DNA from: Salpingoeca rosetta
Lineage: Eukaryota > Protista > Choanoflagellata
Reading direction: 5' to 3'
DNA length: 64,000 nt
NCBI GenBank assembly: GCA_033442325.1
Contig: JAWQFM010000012.1
Location: forward strand, 1,220,405-1,284,404
In this document: positions 13,501 to 25,826 of the stretch, piece after piece
Numbering within the stretch: the first letter of the stretch is position 1
Layout of the letters: each line of letters starts with the position of its first letter
Notes under the pieces: model-generated
What the model saw: only the letters and a program-made list of their open reading frames with translations
Told to the model about the DNA's origin: nothing
Database searches by the model: none
Made by a program: the position numbers and the translations under genes

Positions 13501-16500
13501 TCTCAACACGGATTGTGTGCTGCGTCACTTGCTGCGTGGGCGTGCCGTCATCAACAGCCTGCACAACCAGCTCAAATGCGCGCTGCTGCTCAAAGTCCAG
13601 ACGCGCTTGCGTGCGGATTTCGCCGCTGCCAGCGCCAATCTCAAACGTGGCCAGGGCGGCAGCTGTCATTGCAGTTGTGTTGAACTGGTAGTGGACGGAT
13701 GCGTTTGCGCCCCGGTCCGCGTCCGTCGCCGCCACCTGCGTCACCAGGCTGCCCAAGGGAATCTCCTCACGGACACGCACGAGCGCGGGCGTGCTACTGG
13801 AAAACACGGGCGCGTTGTCATTCGTGTCTGAGATGAGCAGCGTCATGTTTGCCGTTACACTACGCGACGGCGTGCCGCTGTCAGCGAGGCGAAGCGTAAC
13901 GGCGATGGTCTGCTCCACTTCAAAGTCAAAGGACCGTGCCGTGACAACCTGTGGCATGCCGTTGCCCTCATCCGCGATGCGAACGGCGTCGCTGCCTCGT
14001 TCAACGGTGACGGAGAGTCCAGGTGGGCCGTTGAGCCCTTCGTCCGCGTCGGCTACATGCAGCGTTGCCAGGACAACGCGTCCCCCCGCGTTCTCCGCAA
14101 CGTGCAGCGTGCTTGGCGGTGACACTGTGAAGCGAGGCGTGTTGTCGTTGAGATCAGTCACATCCACGAGCACGATGGCTGTTGCCGTGCGGGCAGGCTG
14201 CTCCGTGCTGCTGTCGCTCACGGACACCTGCAGCGTGTACAGGGCAATGGCCTCACGATCCAGCGTGGCCGTTGTGCTGATCGCACCCGTTGCTGGGTCG
14301 ATCTCAAACGGTGCCGGTGAGGGCTGTGAGGAGGTGATGCCGTACACGAGGGTGCTGTCAAACATATCGCCGTCCGTGGCGGCCACAGAACCAACTGGTG
14401 TGGATGCGGGCTGGTTCTCGTCAACGCTGTGCACATAGACGGACTGCGAGAACTGCGGCGCGTTGTCGTTGAGCGGAACCACTGTTGGGCCCAGACACAC
14501 GCGGGTTGCGGCGAAGCTGGTGTCTGTTGCAGTCACGCACACGGTTCGCTCCCCGGGCGAGGGCTCATCCGCAAGGTTGGTGTAGGTGAGCGTCTGCAGG
14601 AGCTGCTCAAACACGTTCACGGGCGCTGGGCCTGTCACGGAGACCACAGCGCCACCACCTGTCGTTGTGATGGTCACGCTGTCTGGGTCCAGCAAGCTGC
14701 TGGGGTCGATCATCAGCACCTCCATGTTGGCGTCAGCAACATCAACCACCTCTGCTTCAAGCGTTGAAAGCTCTGCACTGTCGCCATCGCGCAGGCCGGC
14801 CAACGCCAGGAGCGGCAGTGCAGCGTCGCCCTCCACAAACGCGGGTGCAAGGTCCACTTGCGACAGGTCGAAGATTGGGGCATCCCTGTTGGTCAGCAGC
14901 GAAAACTCGACCGTCTGCTCATCGCTTTGCAAGCCCGTGGGGTCTGTCACCGTCAGCTGTAGTCGCCTGTTTTGTTTGCGTGGTTGGTGGGGATTGGGAG
15001 AGGAAGTGATGGAGGGACGGGAATGCGTGAATATGTGTTTGCGTAAGATGTGCAAATGTTGTTGTGGAAGAGAAGAGAAGGACGGAGCCAAGCAGATATG
15101 ATATTTCATGTGCGTGCATACACACACAACATGCAAACACACACACACACACACACAACTGCAAACGCACATTCACGCACACATGCAAACACACACGCAA
15201 ACCCACATTCACGCAAACACACGCGTACACACTCTTACAAACACATTCACACACACACACACGCACACACACACACACACAATACCTTGTGCCGAGGGTG
15301 GGGTTTTCCGTGTCCAGGTGGCGATAGAGGACAGAGGCCAAGAGGGTGGCGTACGTGGACAGAGGGGCGGTGCCCGAGATGAGCAACACGCCCACCTGCT
15401 CATCAAAGCCAATGGACAGGCCCGCAGGTGTGGCGACCTGATCCACAACGGTGCTGTTGACAAACAGGATTTCCTGCTCGCCGTTGGGGCGCTGCACAAA
15501 CTCCACGAGTGCCTCGCGCAGCAGACGCGAATCCGAGTCTGTGACAACTGCATCTGAGAGCACGTGATATGCAGCTGCATCCTCGTTGTACGCACCGACA
15601 CTGTTGGGCACGACCGAGAGCACTGGTCTGTCGTTCACGCTCTCCAGGGTGACGAGCATGTACGCCGGTGGCTGCGCCTCTAGGCCATTGCTGTCCGCGA
15701 TACGAACCTCAATCACGCGCTGCGTAAACGTTGGCTCGTCCGCAGTGTTGATGTAGCCCAGTGTTCCCAGAACGTCCAAGACGGCCGAGAGGGAACCCGT
15801 GCCAGTGAGCGCATGCGTGCTGCGCGATGACGTGCCTAACGCAGCGACTGCGTCTGTGTCAAACGTGAGGGACTCGGCACTTGGTCCGTCCAATGGGTTG
15901 AGGAGCGTCACATTGAGCTGTAGGCCGTTTGTGGTTTCATCGCTGTCGTACACAAACACGTGGCGCAGTGGCGCCGTGGGCGTGCCTTGCTCCTCCACGA
16001 AGGTGCGCGAGGCGTTGGGATTCGTGCTGGCGGGACCATCCGTGACATCCAGATCCACGACCACGGCGTGCTCGTTCTCGGCGGTCAAGCACGTCTCCGA
16101 GAATGCGAGCGCGCTCTCAAAGTCCTGATCGGAGACGCTGGCACTGGCCGTGAAGCAGGGTTGCTGTGCACTGCCCCCGCCCCCGATGGCCGTTGCGGCC
16201 GGGCTGAGGAGAAGCGGCTGCAGCAGCTGCACATTCAGCTGCACGCTCTCAAGAACCGCCACAGCGTCGCTGGCGGAGAGCGGATTTGACCCTGCATCCA
16301 CAACAATGTGCAACTCATCGCCGCCGCTGCTGGTCGTGGTGGCAAGGGGAACCGTCCTGCCGCTGTTCACGCTCGACGGCACCGTCACAGACAACAGCGC
16401 ACCGCACCTGGCAACGCAGCGCCACGCGTCCGTGCCGGCAACGTTGGAAAACGCAACGAGCGTGTCAGCCACGCGTGCCGCGAGCGAACCTGATGCGCTG

Positions 16501-19500
16501 CTTGCGGATTCGTTGCGAGCACCAAGCACAAACACGCCCGCGCCGTCATCCAAGCGGTACCGGAGCGGCAACGTGTATGGCCCTTCGTTCTCGCCGGTCT
16601 CGCGGTTGCGGGACGTGATTGCACTTGGCGCCACCTGCTGGCCGTCCAGAATGGCGTGCAGCGTGAGGTTGTTGGCGCGAATGCACACGTGGTGCCAGGT
16701 CGGCAGGTCGTCCTCAAACAGCGCGGGCACGGAAAACCTGACCAGCACGCGCGACGCAACCCCGCTTGCACCGGCTTGCTTGTAGTAGAACCACAGCTCC
16801 TGGCTTGCCTCCCGCACGTACAGCGTGTAGAAGCGCGTGCTGCCATCAATGCTCGTCTTGGCAAACAGATAGCCGGACCTGTCGTTGCGCGAAAGCAGAA
16901 ACTGCATCCACGTGCACACGAGCAGCACCCCTGACTCTGGTGAGATGCGTGAGGGGCTCAGGCTGCCAACGGGCATGGGCGTGTACCCGGTCGGCGTCAT
17001 GAACAGCGTGTCCTCGCGCGTGTCAAAGTTGCGTGGCTGCAGTGCTCGCAGCTCTTGCAGAGGCAGCTCGGCAGCACCCAGTCCACAGGCGTCCACAACC
17101 CGCGCGGCGGCACTGGCGTCCGTGCACCTGCCTGCAACCATGGGCCGCTCTTGCTGCAACAACGACGACGACGATGATGATGATGAGCTGGAGCCGGTTG
17201 TGGCGTCCAACAGGGGCTGGGAGCACTGCACAAGGCACCCAAGCTGGGCGCGATTGATTGCACGGCGCGTAAACAGCAGTGACGACAGCTGGCCTTCAAA
17301 CAGGAGAGAGGCGCCAGAGGGGGAGCTGCGCGCACCAACCAGCAGCAGCCCTTCGCCGTCGGTCAGCGCGGACGTGAGCGGGTTGCCGTGCGGGTCGAGG
17401 CGCGTGCCGGCATCATTGCGCTCCTCAATCACGGGGTCCCCCAGCGCAGCGCCGTCAACGTAGGCAACAACCGTGCTGGAGATGTGGTTCACGCTCACAG
17501 CGACATGATGCCACGCGTTGTCCATCAGCGCCGGCGAGGAGAACTTGGCGGTGACGCGGGCGTTTGCCGCCGGCACGCCCGTGCCGCGCTCTCGCTGGTA
17601 GGAGAACCACAGCTCCTCGGCTTGGCTGGAGAGATAGAGCGCATAGAAGCGCTCGTCTCCGGCTGCATTCGTCTTGGCGTACACGTATCCGCCGTCGCTG
17701 TCCTGTGCCACGCGCAACCAGCACGAGGACGAGAAGCTGCCGCCAGCAACGGAGCCGAAAGCCTGCACCGTCTGCGTCTGCACGACGCCATAGGCGTTGT
17801 TGCCGTTGAACAGCCACACCTCCGCGCCGTCCGCGCTGTCGTACGCGGGGTCTGTGGCGAGCGTGCCTGCAGGCACCATGGCCCCGGTGACGTCCAGGGC
17901 AGCTGACAGGCAGACAGTGGACGCCGACTGCGCCGTGCATGACTCCAGCGCCGGGTCGCGCTCAGTGTACGCGCGCACAGCGGCCCCGGTAATGCCCAAG
18001 CTTGCGTCGGCATCGGTGACGGTGGAGGCAACCAGCGGGTAGTGCGGTGATGAGGAGGACGACTCCGGCTCGCTGCGGCCGAACGGCGACACGGTCAAGA
18101 CGGGCGCATTGTCGTTGACATCTGTCACGGTGAGGTTGAGCTCCAGCGTGGAGAACATGGCAACGGGCGTTCCCGCGTCTGTGGCCAGCAGGCGAAGGGC
18201 GATGGTGGGCGCTGTCTCGCGGTCGAGCGGCGCCGCAAGCACAACTGCCACCCGCTGCTGGCCAACTTCGAGTGTGTCCATCTCCACGCGAAGCGTGTTC
18301 GCTGGGCTCTGGGCGCGAATGCTGGTGGTGATGCGCGCGTTGTCCAAGATGTCCGCGTCAGTGACATCAAGTTCCAGCAAAACTGTGCCGACGGGCGTGT
18401 CCTCACTCCATCGCAGCTGCTGGCCCTGCACTGCGCTGAACAGGGGCGCATTGTCGTTGACGTCCGATACGAGCACAATCACCACAGCGTAAGCCAGCAT
18501 GCGCTCGCTCTCCGGCATGGTAGCGTCGCCGTCCATTGCTCGGAGCCGCAAGGCGTACGCTTGGCGCCTCTCACGGTCCAGGGTAGCGTTGGTGACAACA
18601 CGCACACTCAGCTCGCCCGCTGCCCCGACAACGCTGTACTGGTCAACGACCTGCACTTCGAAGGGCAGCGGCCCGGGACCCGTGCCGGGTTCTGAGGGGC
18701 TTTCGGGCAGGAGCTCCACAGTGATGGCGTTGTTGGGTGGCGCCTGGTCGGCGTCTGTTAGCATGAAGGAGATGATTTCATACCCGACCTGCACATCCTC
18801 AGACACGGGCAGCATCTGCGATTCAAAAGGGAAGGCGGGTGGCGCCTCGTTCACGTCGCGTAACAGCACGCGCACGCGTGCGGTGTCCGACACGACGCCC
18901 GGGCGGCCGGCGTCTGCCACCTGTACAATGCACTGCACCTCTGCTTCTGTTTCGCGGTTGAGGTGCTGGGCCAGGTGCACTTCGCCCGTGGTGGCGTTCA
19001 CGCGGCAGAAGGAGGCGTTGAGCACGTCCTGGGCGACGGAGAAGAGCGGCACGTTGAACGGCGCTGCATCCGCGTCTGTGGCTTCAACGACCACCAGCAC
19101 GGAGTCTAGCAGCAAGTCTTCCGGCACCGTGACGACGTATTCATCGTCCGCAAACGACGGGCTGTTGTCGTTGGTGTCCAGGATGCCAATGGTAACGGAG
19201 CCCAATACGGTGTGGGTGAATTCAGCGTCCGCTGCCTCGAGGTCCAGGGCCACCTGGTGCACACGCTCAAAGTCAATGGTGTCCAGCCCGGTGACCACCA
19301 CGTCCGCGTGCAGCGTGTACGGTGTTGGGTCCACGCACACGGAGCCACACGCCACTGGACAGCAGACCTGGAAGCCAACGCAATCATCATCGCCGACACA
19401 CGAAGAGCCCGCACAGTCCGGGGACACAACGTCCTCTGCTTGCGGGCATTCCGGCGAAAGCGAGGCAGTCACTTGCAGCGCAAACCACGATGATATGTCC

Positions 19501-22500
19501 AAAGCTGGCACAGGCGATGGCGACGACGATGGTGCTGGCGCGTACGAGACGCCCACAACGTTCAGCGTGAGGTTGGCTGGGATGCCCAAGTCCTCGTCCG
19601 CAACGGCGATCCGCGCGACAACTGCCCCTGCTGCTGTGTTCTCGCTGACGCTCGTGGTGGCGTTGACTGGTGTGAGGAAGAAGGGCGCAAGGTCGTTCTC
19701 AGACACGACCGTAACAGTGACGCTGGCCATGCCTGTTTCAGCATCGAAATCTGCGCTGCTGTCGCCGCCGTCCGTCACCGACACCACAATGGTGCGCACA
19801 CCGGGCACAGGCTCATCTGCAAAGTTGAAGTAGGAGAGCTGTTGCACGGCTTGGGCGTAGGCCAAAGGGGTTGCCTGCCCTTCAAGCACGAGAACCGCAT
19901 CGCTGTTGCGTCGGGTGATGGTGACACCGCTGGGTAAGGCAGAGGAAGGGATGGTGAGGCCCTCAAAGGCACCGTCCATCACGCCGTCCACAAGCTCCAC
20001 CACAACGCGGAAGAGCATGGGCGAGTCCACGTCCATGATGGTTGCCGACGAGCAGACCATAAGCGGCAGGTCGCCTTCGTGGAACACCGCGGTGGCGTCC
20101 GTGCCCGGTGCATCGGGCCCATTGACATCGACCCAGGGTGCGTTGTTGATGGCGGTGAAGAAGAGGGTGATGTGCGCAGGCTCGCTTGCCAGGCCCTGAG
20201 CATCCACGGCAATCACGTTCAACTCCCTCGGTTCAGTGGAAGGGTTGCTTGGGGTTGACAGTGTTGTCGTGTATCGAGCAGTTCGCAGCACTGCCACAAA
20301 CGCGCCAATCGACTGTGTGTGCTGCTGCTGCTGCTGCTGCTGCTGCTGCACGGATACTACAAGCTGCACGCGTGCAGCCAACCCATTCTCGTTGTTGTCG
20401 TTATCGGTAGGGGAGGTGACGGTGGTGGAAACCGTAAGGTTGAGCAGGGTGGCGAGAGCAGTGTCGACGGAGAGGGTTTCGACTGTTGCGTTGAATGCGT
20501 CGTTGTCTGGCGTGTTGAGGAGCTGCAGCGTCACAGACCGCAGCTGCGTGTCGTCGCTGTCGAGCAGGACGGCGTCCGGACACAGCTGCACGGCTGCCTC
20601 GCCCTCCACAATGGTGACGGTGTTGTCGGAGTTGGTGCTGCCGCCAGCAAACACTTGTGGCGCATCGTTCTTGGAAGCGATGGAGACCATGGTTGTGCGC
20701 TCCTCGCTGTCGTGCACGCCGTCGGACACGCGCCAGGTGACGACGCGCGTGGTGCCCTGCGGCTCGTTCGCAGTGTTGGTGTACGTGATGGTGGACAGGA
20801 GCGAGGCGAAATCCGCCAGCGACAGTGGGCCTGTCATGGTCAGGCGAGGGCTGGGCGTTGTGCGCACGCTGACAGTGGCACCGAGCGTGGTGGCCAGCTG
20901 CTGGTCCCAGCCCAGCACCTCAACACCAGCACCATCAGGCGCGTTCTCCAGCGTGATGACGGCCGTCGCGATCATGTTGGCAGGCTGGCCACTTGAGGGT
21001 ACGTCGGCATCTGTGATGACGAGCAGCTGCGGTGCAGAGAGCGGTGTTGGATCGCCCTCTTCAACAAACGCGGCAGCGTAGTTGCCGTCGGTGCCGCCAA
21101 GGTCGAGAACTGGCGCGTGATCGTTGACGGCTGAAATGCTGATGCTGATGTCTGCGCGTGCCTCCAGGCCACCGTCATCCACCACCAAGGAGAGCTGCTG
21201 TTGCTGTTGCTGTTGTTGTTGTTGCTGTTGAGTAAGGATGGCTGGCTCGTCCAGGGCGTAGCCAACCACTGTCAGTCGCAGCAGCAGCTGCAACGCAGCC
21301 GTGCTCAGGACGGCGCCTTCGCTGGGCTGGGCGGTGATGCTGTGTGGCCCGTTCAAGCGCAGCGATGCCAGGTCCAGGCCTTGTGCGTTCACTGTCGCCT
21401 GGGAGAACACGTCTGTATGTGCGGGTGCGCCGCCAGTCGTGCGTGTGAGGTCGACGGTGGCGTAGGTGCCGCAGCCCAGAGCGCAGCACCAGCGCAAGTG
21501 CGCGTCTGCCAGAGAGTTGTCCTCGGGCAGGACAGACAGCGCAGCCACGTCGCCGGCAAATGGGAACCGGGTCCCCGTGGCGCCAACAGGGCGGACGCCA
21601 ACCAGGAACATGGCGTCGTCGCCAAACACGGGGCGGCCAGGCAGCGTGGTGGGCGCCGTGTTAGTCACGGCCTGCATACCACCACCGGAAGCGGCGGTGA
21701 AGTACTCGATGCTCTGCAGGGGCACGGGCGTGCAGTCGATGACGAGGCGAGCCGACACGCCGCGGAGAGCCACAGACAGGAGGTGCCACGTGCCGTCCGC
21801 GAGGGAGACCTGTGCAGGCACGGCGAAGCGCAGGGTGGTGAGGGAAGACACGCCTGCAGGCGCGGTGTCGCGCTCATACAGCACGCTAATGATGCCGCTG
21901 GCTGGCTGCGAGAACACGCCCAGGTACTGCTTTGAGGTGTCTGGGGACGTGACGGCGAGGAGGTATCCACTGTTGCCCGCGGCCTGTTTGATCCACGCTG
22001 TGATGTGGAAGCCGGAGCGGAGCACGGGGAGCACGGCCTGGTAGGTGGTGTCAGGGACGGCCACGTGGCCCTGGCCCGTCGATGGCAGCAGCGCAATCTG
22101 CTGGTTGACCAGCGTTGCGTCCCCGCGTGCGACGGCGTCAGCAAACAGCGGCGTCGGAGCAGTGGTGCTAAAGCCGCATGTGTCCCAGACCCCGGCGCGG
22201 GGCGCAAAGGAGGCCTGGTTGGGGCAGGTGAGCAGGCGAGACAAGGCGGCTTGACGCGTGAAGGATACGCTTGCCTGCGCCCACGTGTCAAACCCATCGC
22301 CTTCATCAAGGGCGAGGGAGGCCAGCGGGGCCAGCGGGGGGTCATTCTCCGTCGTGGTCACCGACGCGGGCACGTTGCTGATGGTGGGGGCGATGGTGTT
22401 TTGGTTGGCAATGGTGATGTCCAGGACGTGGGTGGTCACGCATGGGCCATCCGTTGCGGGTTGCTCCACCTGACACACGTCGCCCTGGTCGCTAGCCTCA

Positions 22501-23402
22501 ACCACCAGCTGATAGCTGTCCTCGACATCGTAGTCCACGGCCTGCGACAGGAACAGCTCGCCCGAGGCGGCGTCAATGACAAAGGGCGCCTGTGACGGCA
22601 TTGAGGACGCAATGCGGTGGCGCACACGCCCGTTGTCACCGCTGTCCAGGTCTGTGGCCTCAAGGAGCGCGAGGGACACACCCGCGGTTGTGGTCTCCGG
22701 CACGATCAGCGTGGACGGCACCGTGGCTGCGTCAAACACCGGGGCGTTGTCGTTGACGTCTGTCAGCGTGATGGTGACGAGCTGCACGGAGGTCAGTGGC
22801 GGCAGCTGCGAATCGGAAAGGCGTACTGTCAGCACAACCTCGTCCGCTTCGGTGTCACGGTCCACTGGGCGTGTGAGCAGGAGCGTGTGGGTCTGCGAAA
22901 TGGTCACGGCGCCGTCCTCCAGCGTGCTGTTGATGATGGTGATGGTGGGCGTACCTGACGAGGGCTGGTTTCGATCGCCATCCACAACAATCAGGCGGCC
23001 TACGGCGCCGGCTTTTTCTTCCTCAACCGTGAAGGCATCGAGAAGGAGGGAGGGGCGATGGTCGTTGATGGTGCGCACCGTCAGCTTCAGCGTTGCCGCC
23101 TCGGAGGTAAGCCCCGCCCCGTTTGTGACAACTGCAGAAAAGGTGCGCTGGCCAGCCGTTGGCTCATCTGCGGTGTTCCTGTATTTCAGCGTCTGCAGCA
23201 CCACACTTGCTTCCTCAGATGTTGTCGCAGCAGGCAACCTACCATGGTGGTAGCGTTGATGTTAGTGTGGGAGAGTGATGTGGATGTTGGGAAGGGGGGG
23301 GGGGGCGAGTTGTGAATCAAGACTCAAAAGGAACGGGGGGACGAGGAGTCAAGGGGATGAGGGATCATCGGTGATACAACAAAGTCACACACAGACACAG
23401 AG

Positions 23403-23479
<77 letters not shown>

Positions 23480-24303
23480 CAGACACACACACAGAGACAG
23501 ACACACACACACAGAGACAGACAGAATTACATGCATCTATGCATGACCGGTAACGGCGCATAGACCTACGTGATGGTGACGCTGGCGTCTGTGGTTTCGA
23601 GAGAAACACCCGGGAGCGCCATGAACACTTCAGCATCGCCGTCAGGAAAGCTGATGGATGACGTGAGCATAATTGTGGTGACGTTATCTGCTTCATCAAG
23701 GACGAGAGCGTCTGGAAACAGCGTCATGGCAGCTGAGCCCTCTGTGAAGAGGACCTGTGCGTCCAGGGGATCCGTGCTGCCAATCTGCGTTGGCTGGGCG
23801 TTGTCTGACGTGTTGAGATCCAGCCGTGGCGGAATGACGACGGCACCAAAGAACACCGAAGCAACAGCGCTGCCAAGCACCGATGCGTCATCCTCAAACG
23901 CACTCACCAAGACCGTGCGCTCAGCACGGTTTGGCGGGCTCTCGAAGGAGAAGAACTGGGCGCTCTGCAACGCAGACTGGAATTCTGCGACGGAGCCGGG
24001 CCCGTCGATGGTCAACACGCCGTCATCGGACGAATACGAGATGGACAGCGTGTCCGAGGCCTGTTTGTGTCGTTAGGTCGTGGAGAATGAACAGCGGCAA
24101 GCGGATGGACGACATCGAGAGGGGAAAGGGATGGAGACATGTGAGCGGCGGGGGGGGAAGGGGTAGGCAGGAGGATGGCACGAGTAAGAGCAGAAACCGT
24201 GAACAACAGTCACGTGATGGGCAGTGACAGCGATGTACAGCTGCTGTGCTGTGCAAGCCAGCAGCGCACAGTGCACGCGTCGACGCGCACAGCGCTACAT
24301 AGC

Positions 24304-24335
<32 letters not shown>

Positions 24336-24822
24336 ACATTAGCACATTGTTACACACACACATACATGCATACAGACAGACACACACACACACACACACA
24401 AACACACACATTAGCACATTGTTACACACACACACACAGACACGCACAGGCTACACAATGGCGCACACGTTAGACGATGAAGAAGAGCAGGACTGCGTGG
24501 ACACTCAAACACGTGCTCGGTTGCTTTGCTTGCATGCAACAAACACACAAAACGCTGGCATACAACGTACCGCGGTGAGGCCCTCGAGGGTGCTGGTGAT
24601 GGGGTCGACTGTGATGGTCATGTGTGATATTGATGCTGCAGTCAGGGAGGCACGCTGGCAGAAGAACACAGAGCCGTCGGCCTCGTTGAAGGAGACGGCT
24701 GTGTCTTGCCGTGGTGGATCAAGCAGCACAGCCTGACCACGTGCCCCACTATTGGGTGGCAACAACGCACATGCCAGCGCTGCCGCTGCCACGAGCAGCC
24801 GCGCTGCAGTGCTTGCAAGCAT
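709..24822 (-). CDS. Giant cadherin-family protein with calsyntenin-like LamG modules (>=7068 aa, 3'-incomplete)
   Basis: Phase-consistent GT-AG exons: 24822-24571, 24060-23570, 23238-15286, 14966-11885, 11505-7544, 7362-7145, 6750-2460, 2159-1577, 1310-1187, 956-709 (21,204 nt = 7068 codons). Signal peptide [23 protein letters not shown]. ~27 EC repeats with LDRE/LDFE, AxDxG and DxNDNxP motifs; four LamG domains (WHHVAV, WHHVCI, WHLLSV, WHHVSV). No TM or stop before the intron at 708 that enters the N gap. Confidence 0.93.
840..2030 (-). other. LamG domain in the cadherin, split over 3 exons
   Basis: [34 protein letters not shown]|VEVDG..YLG|[11 protein letters not shown]. Confidence 0.8.
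16405..17945 (-). other. Two tandem LamG/TSPN-like domains in the cadherin
   Basis: First: [54 protein letters not shown]. Second: CTWMQ..GYLFAKT..RFYTLY..WHHVCI..ILDG..VLGAR..CVARC. Confidence 0.85.
19325..19450 (-). other. WAP (four-disulfide core) domain inside the cadherin
   Basis: [41 protein letters not shown] has the 8-Cys WAP pattern CP..C..C..DxDC....CC...CG..C..P. Confidence 0.85.
21470..22230 (-). other. LamG domain in the cadherin
   Basis: [52 protein letters not shown]. Confidence 0.8.
23407..23480. repeat. (GACA)n microsatellite, intronic
   Basis: Tetranucleotide run in cadherin intron 2. Confidence 0.9.
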
Positions 24823-25826
24823 TCGTAGCCTGGTTCCACTGCGCGCAATCGGGGCTGCGTGCTCGGACACACAGCGTGCGCGAATGCGTGTGCTTATGGT
24901 GCACGTGGGCGCGTGTTGTTGCTAATCCAAGGAAGAAGAGAAACGCTAGAACGCTGGGTTGGGAAGGCCTTTGTGGACGAGTGTGCGGGAGAACTTCTTT
25001 GATGTGGTTGTCACAAGCCGTTCCACAGCAGGCAGAAGGGAAGGAAAGCACGCGGTTATTCAAAGGATAAGAGGTGATGCGAAGCGGCTGTGAGGGCGCT
25101 GAGGGTGGTTTGCTGCAATAACGAGGAGAGAGAAGAGATGGGAGCTGCGAAGAAGGGAGAACAAGGGAGAAGGAGCTGCTGCATCCACGATCCAGCAGCC
25201 AGCATTGACGGCAGCAGCAAAGAAGCAAGCAAGCAAGCAGAGTGGTGTGGCGTCCTTCTTCTCGTGGCCTTGTTTGAATGGGTGCGGTTTTTGCTTTGTG
25301 TTGTGGTGCGCTTGTTTTGTGGGTGTTTTGGTTGGCGGATGCGAAATTTCATTGTATGTTTTGCGAAAGACTTCCTAGTTTATTCCGCAGCCAGTGACAA
25401 GACTGCTGCCTGCAGGCAACAACAAGGCGACATGACAAGCAAGCAAGCAACAAGCAAGAAGCAAGCGCCAGTGAATGCGACATGGACGCGGGTGGCTTGG
25501 CTATCAGTGGCGACGATGACAACGGCAAGCAGCCAAGCAAGCAAGTGAAAGGAATGTGGCGGCTACCATAGGTGGGGAGGAAGTATGTATGTACAAGCAA
25601 GGTTGGAGAAAAATGCAAACAAGGAACAGGAGTTGTTGTTATCGTGTCTCTCAAACAAAGCACACGAACGAAGAAAACAAGCAAGCAAGCAAACACGAAG
25701 GCTCTTGTGGGGAACGAGGGATTCAAATGTACAGTCGTCATGCTTATTGTGTGGTATGATGTGGTGTGGCACACGTCATGCCATGCCTCGTGCTTGGCCA
25801 GCTTGGGCATGGGCTCCTGTTGCTGT

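Noticed and set aside
22115-22130. RGD tripeptide in the first LamG region
   Set aside because: Expected by chance in 7000 aa; no supporting context.
709-24822. Treating the large minus-strand cadherin ORFs as several tandem genes
   Set aside because: All join through phase-compatible GT-AG introns, repeats continue across junctions, and only one signal peptide is present.
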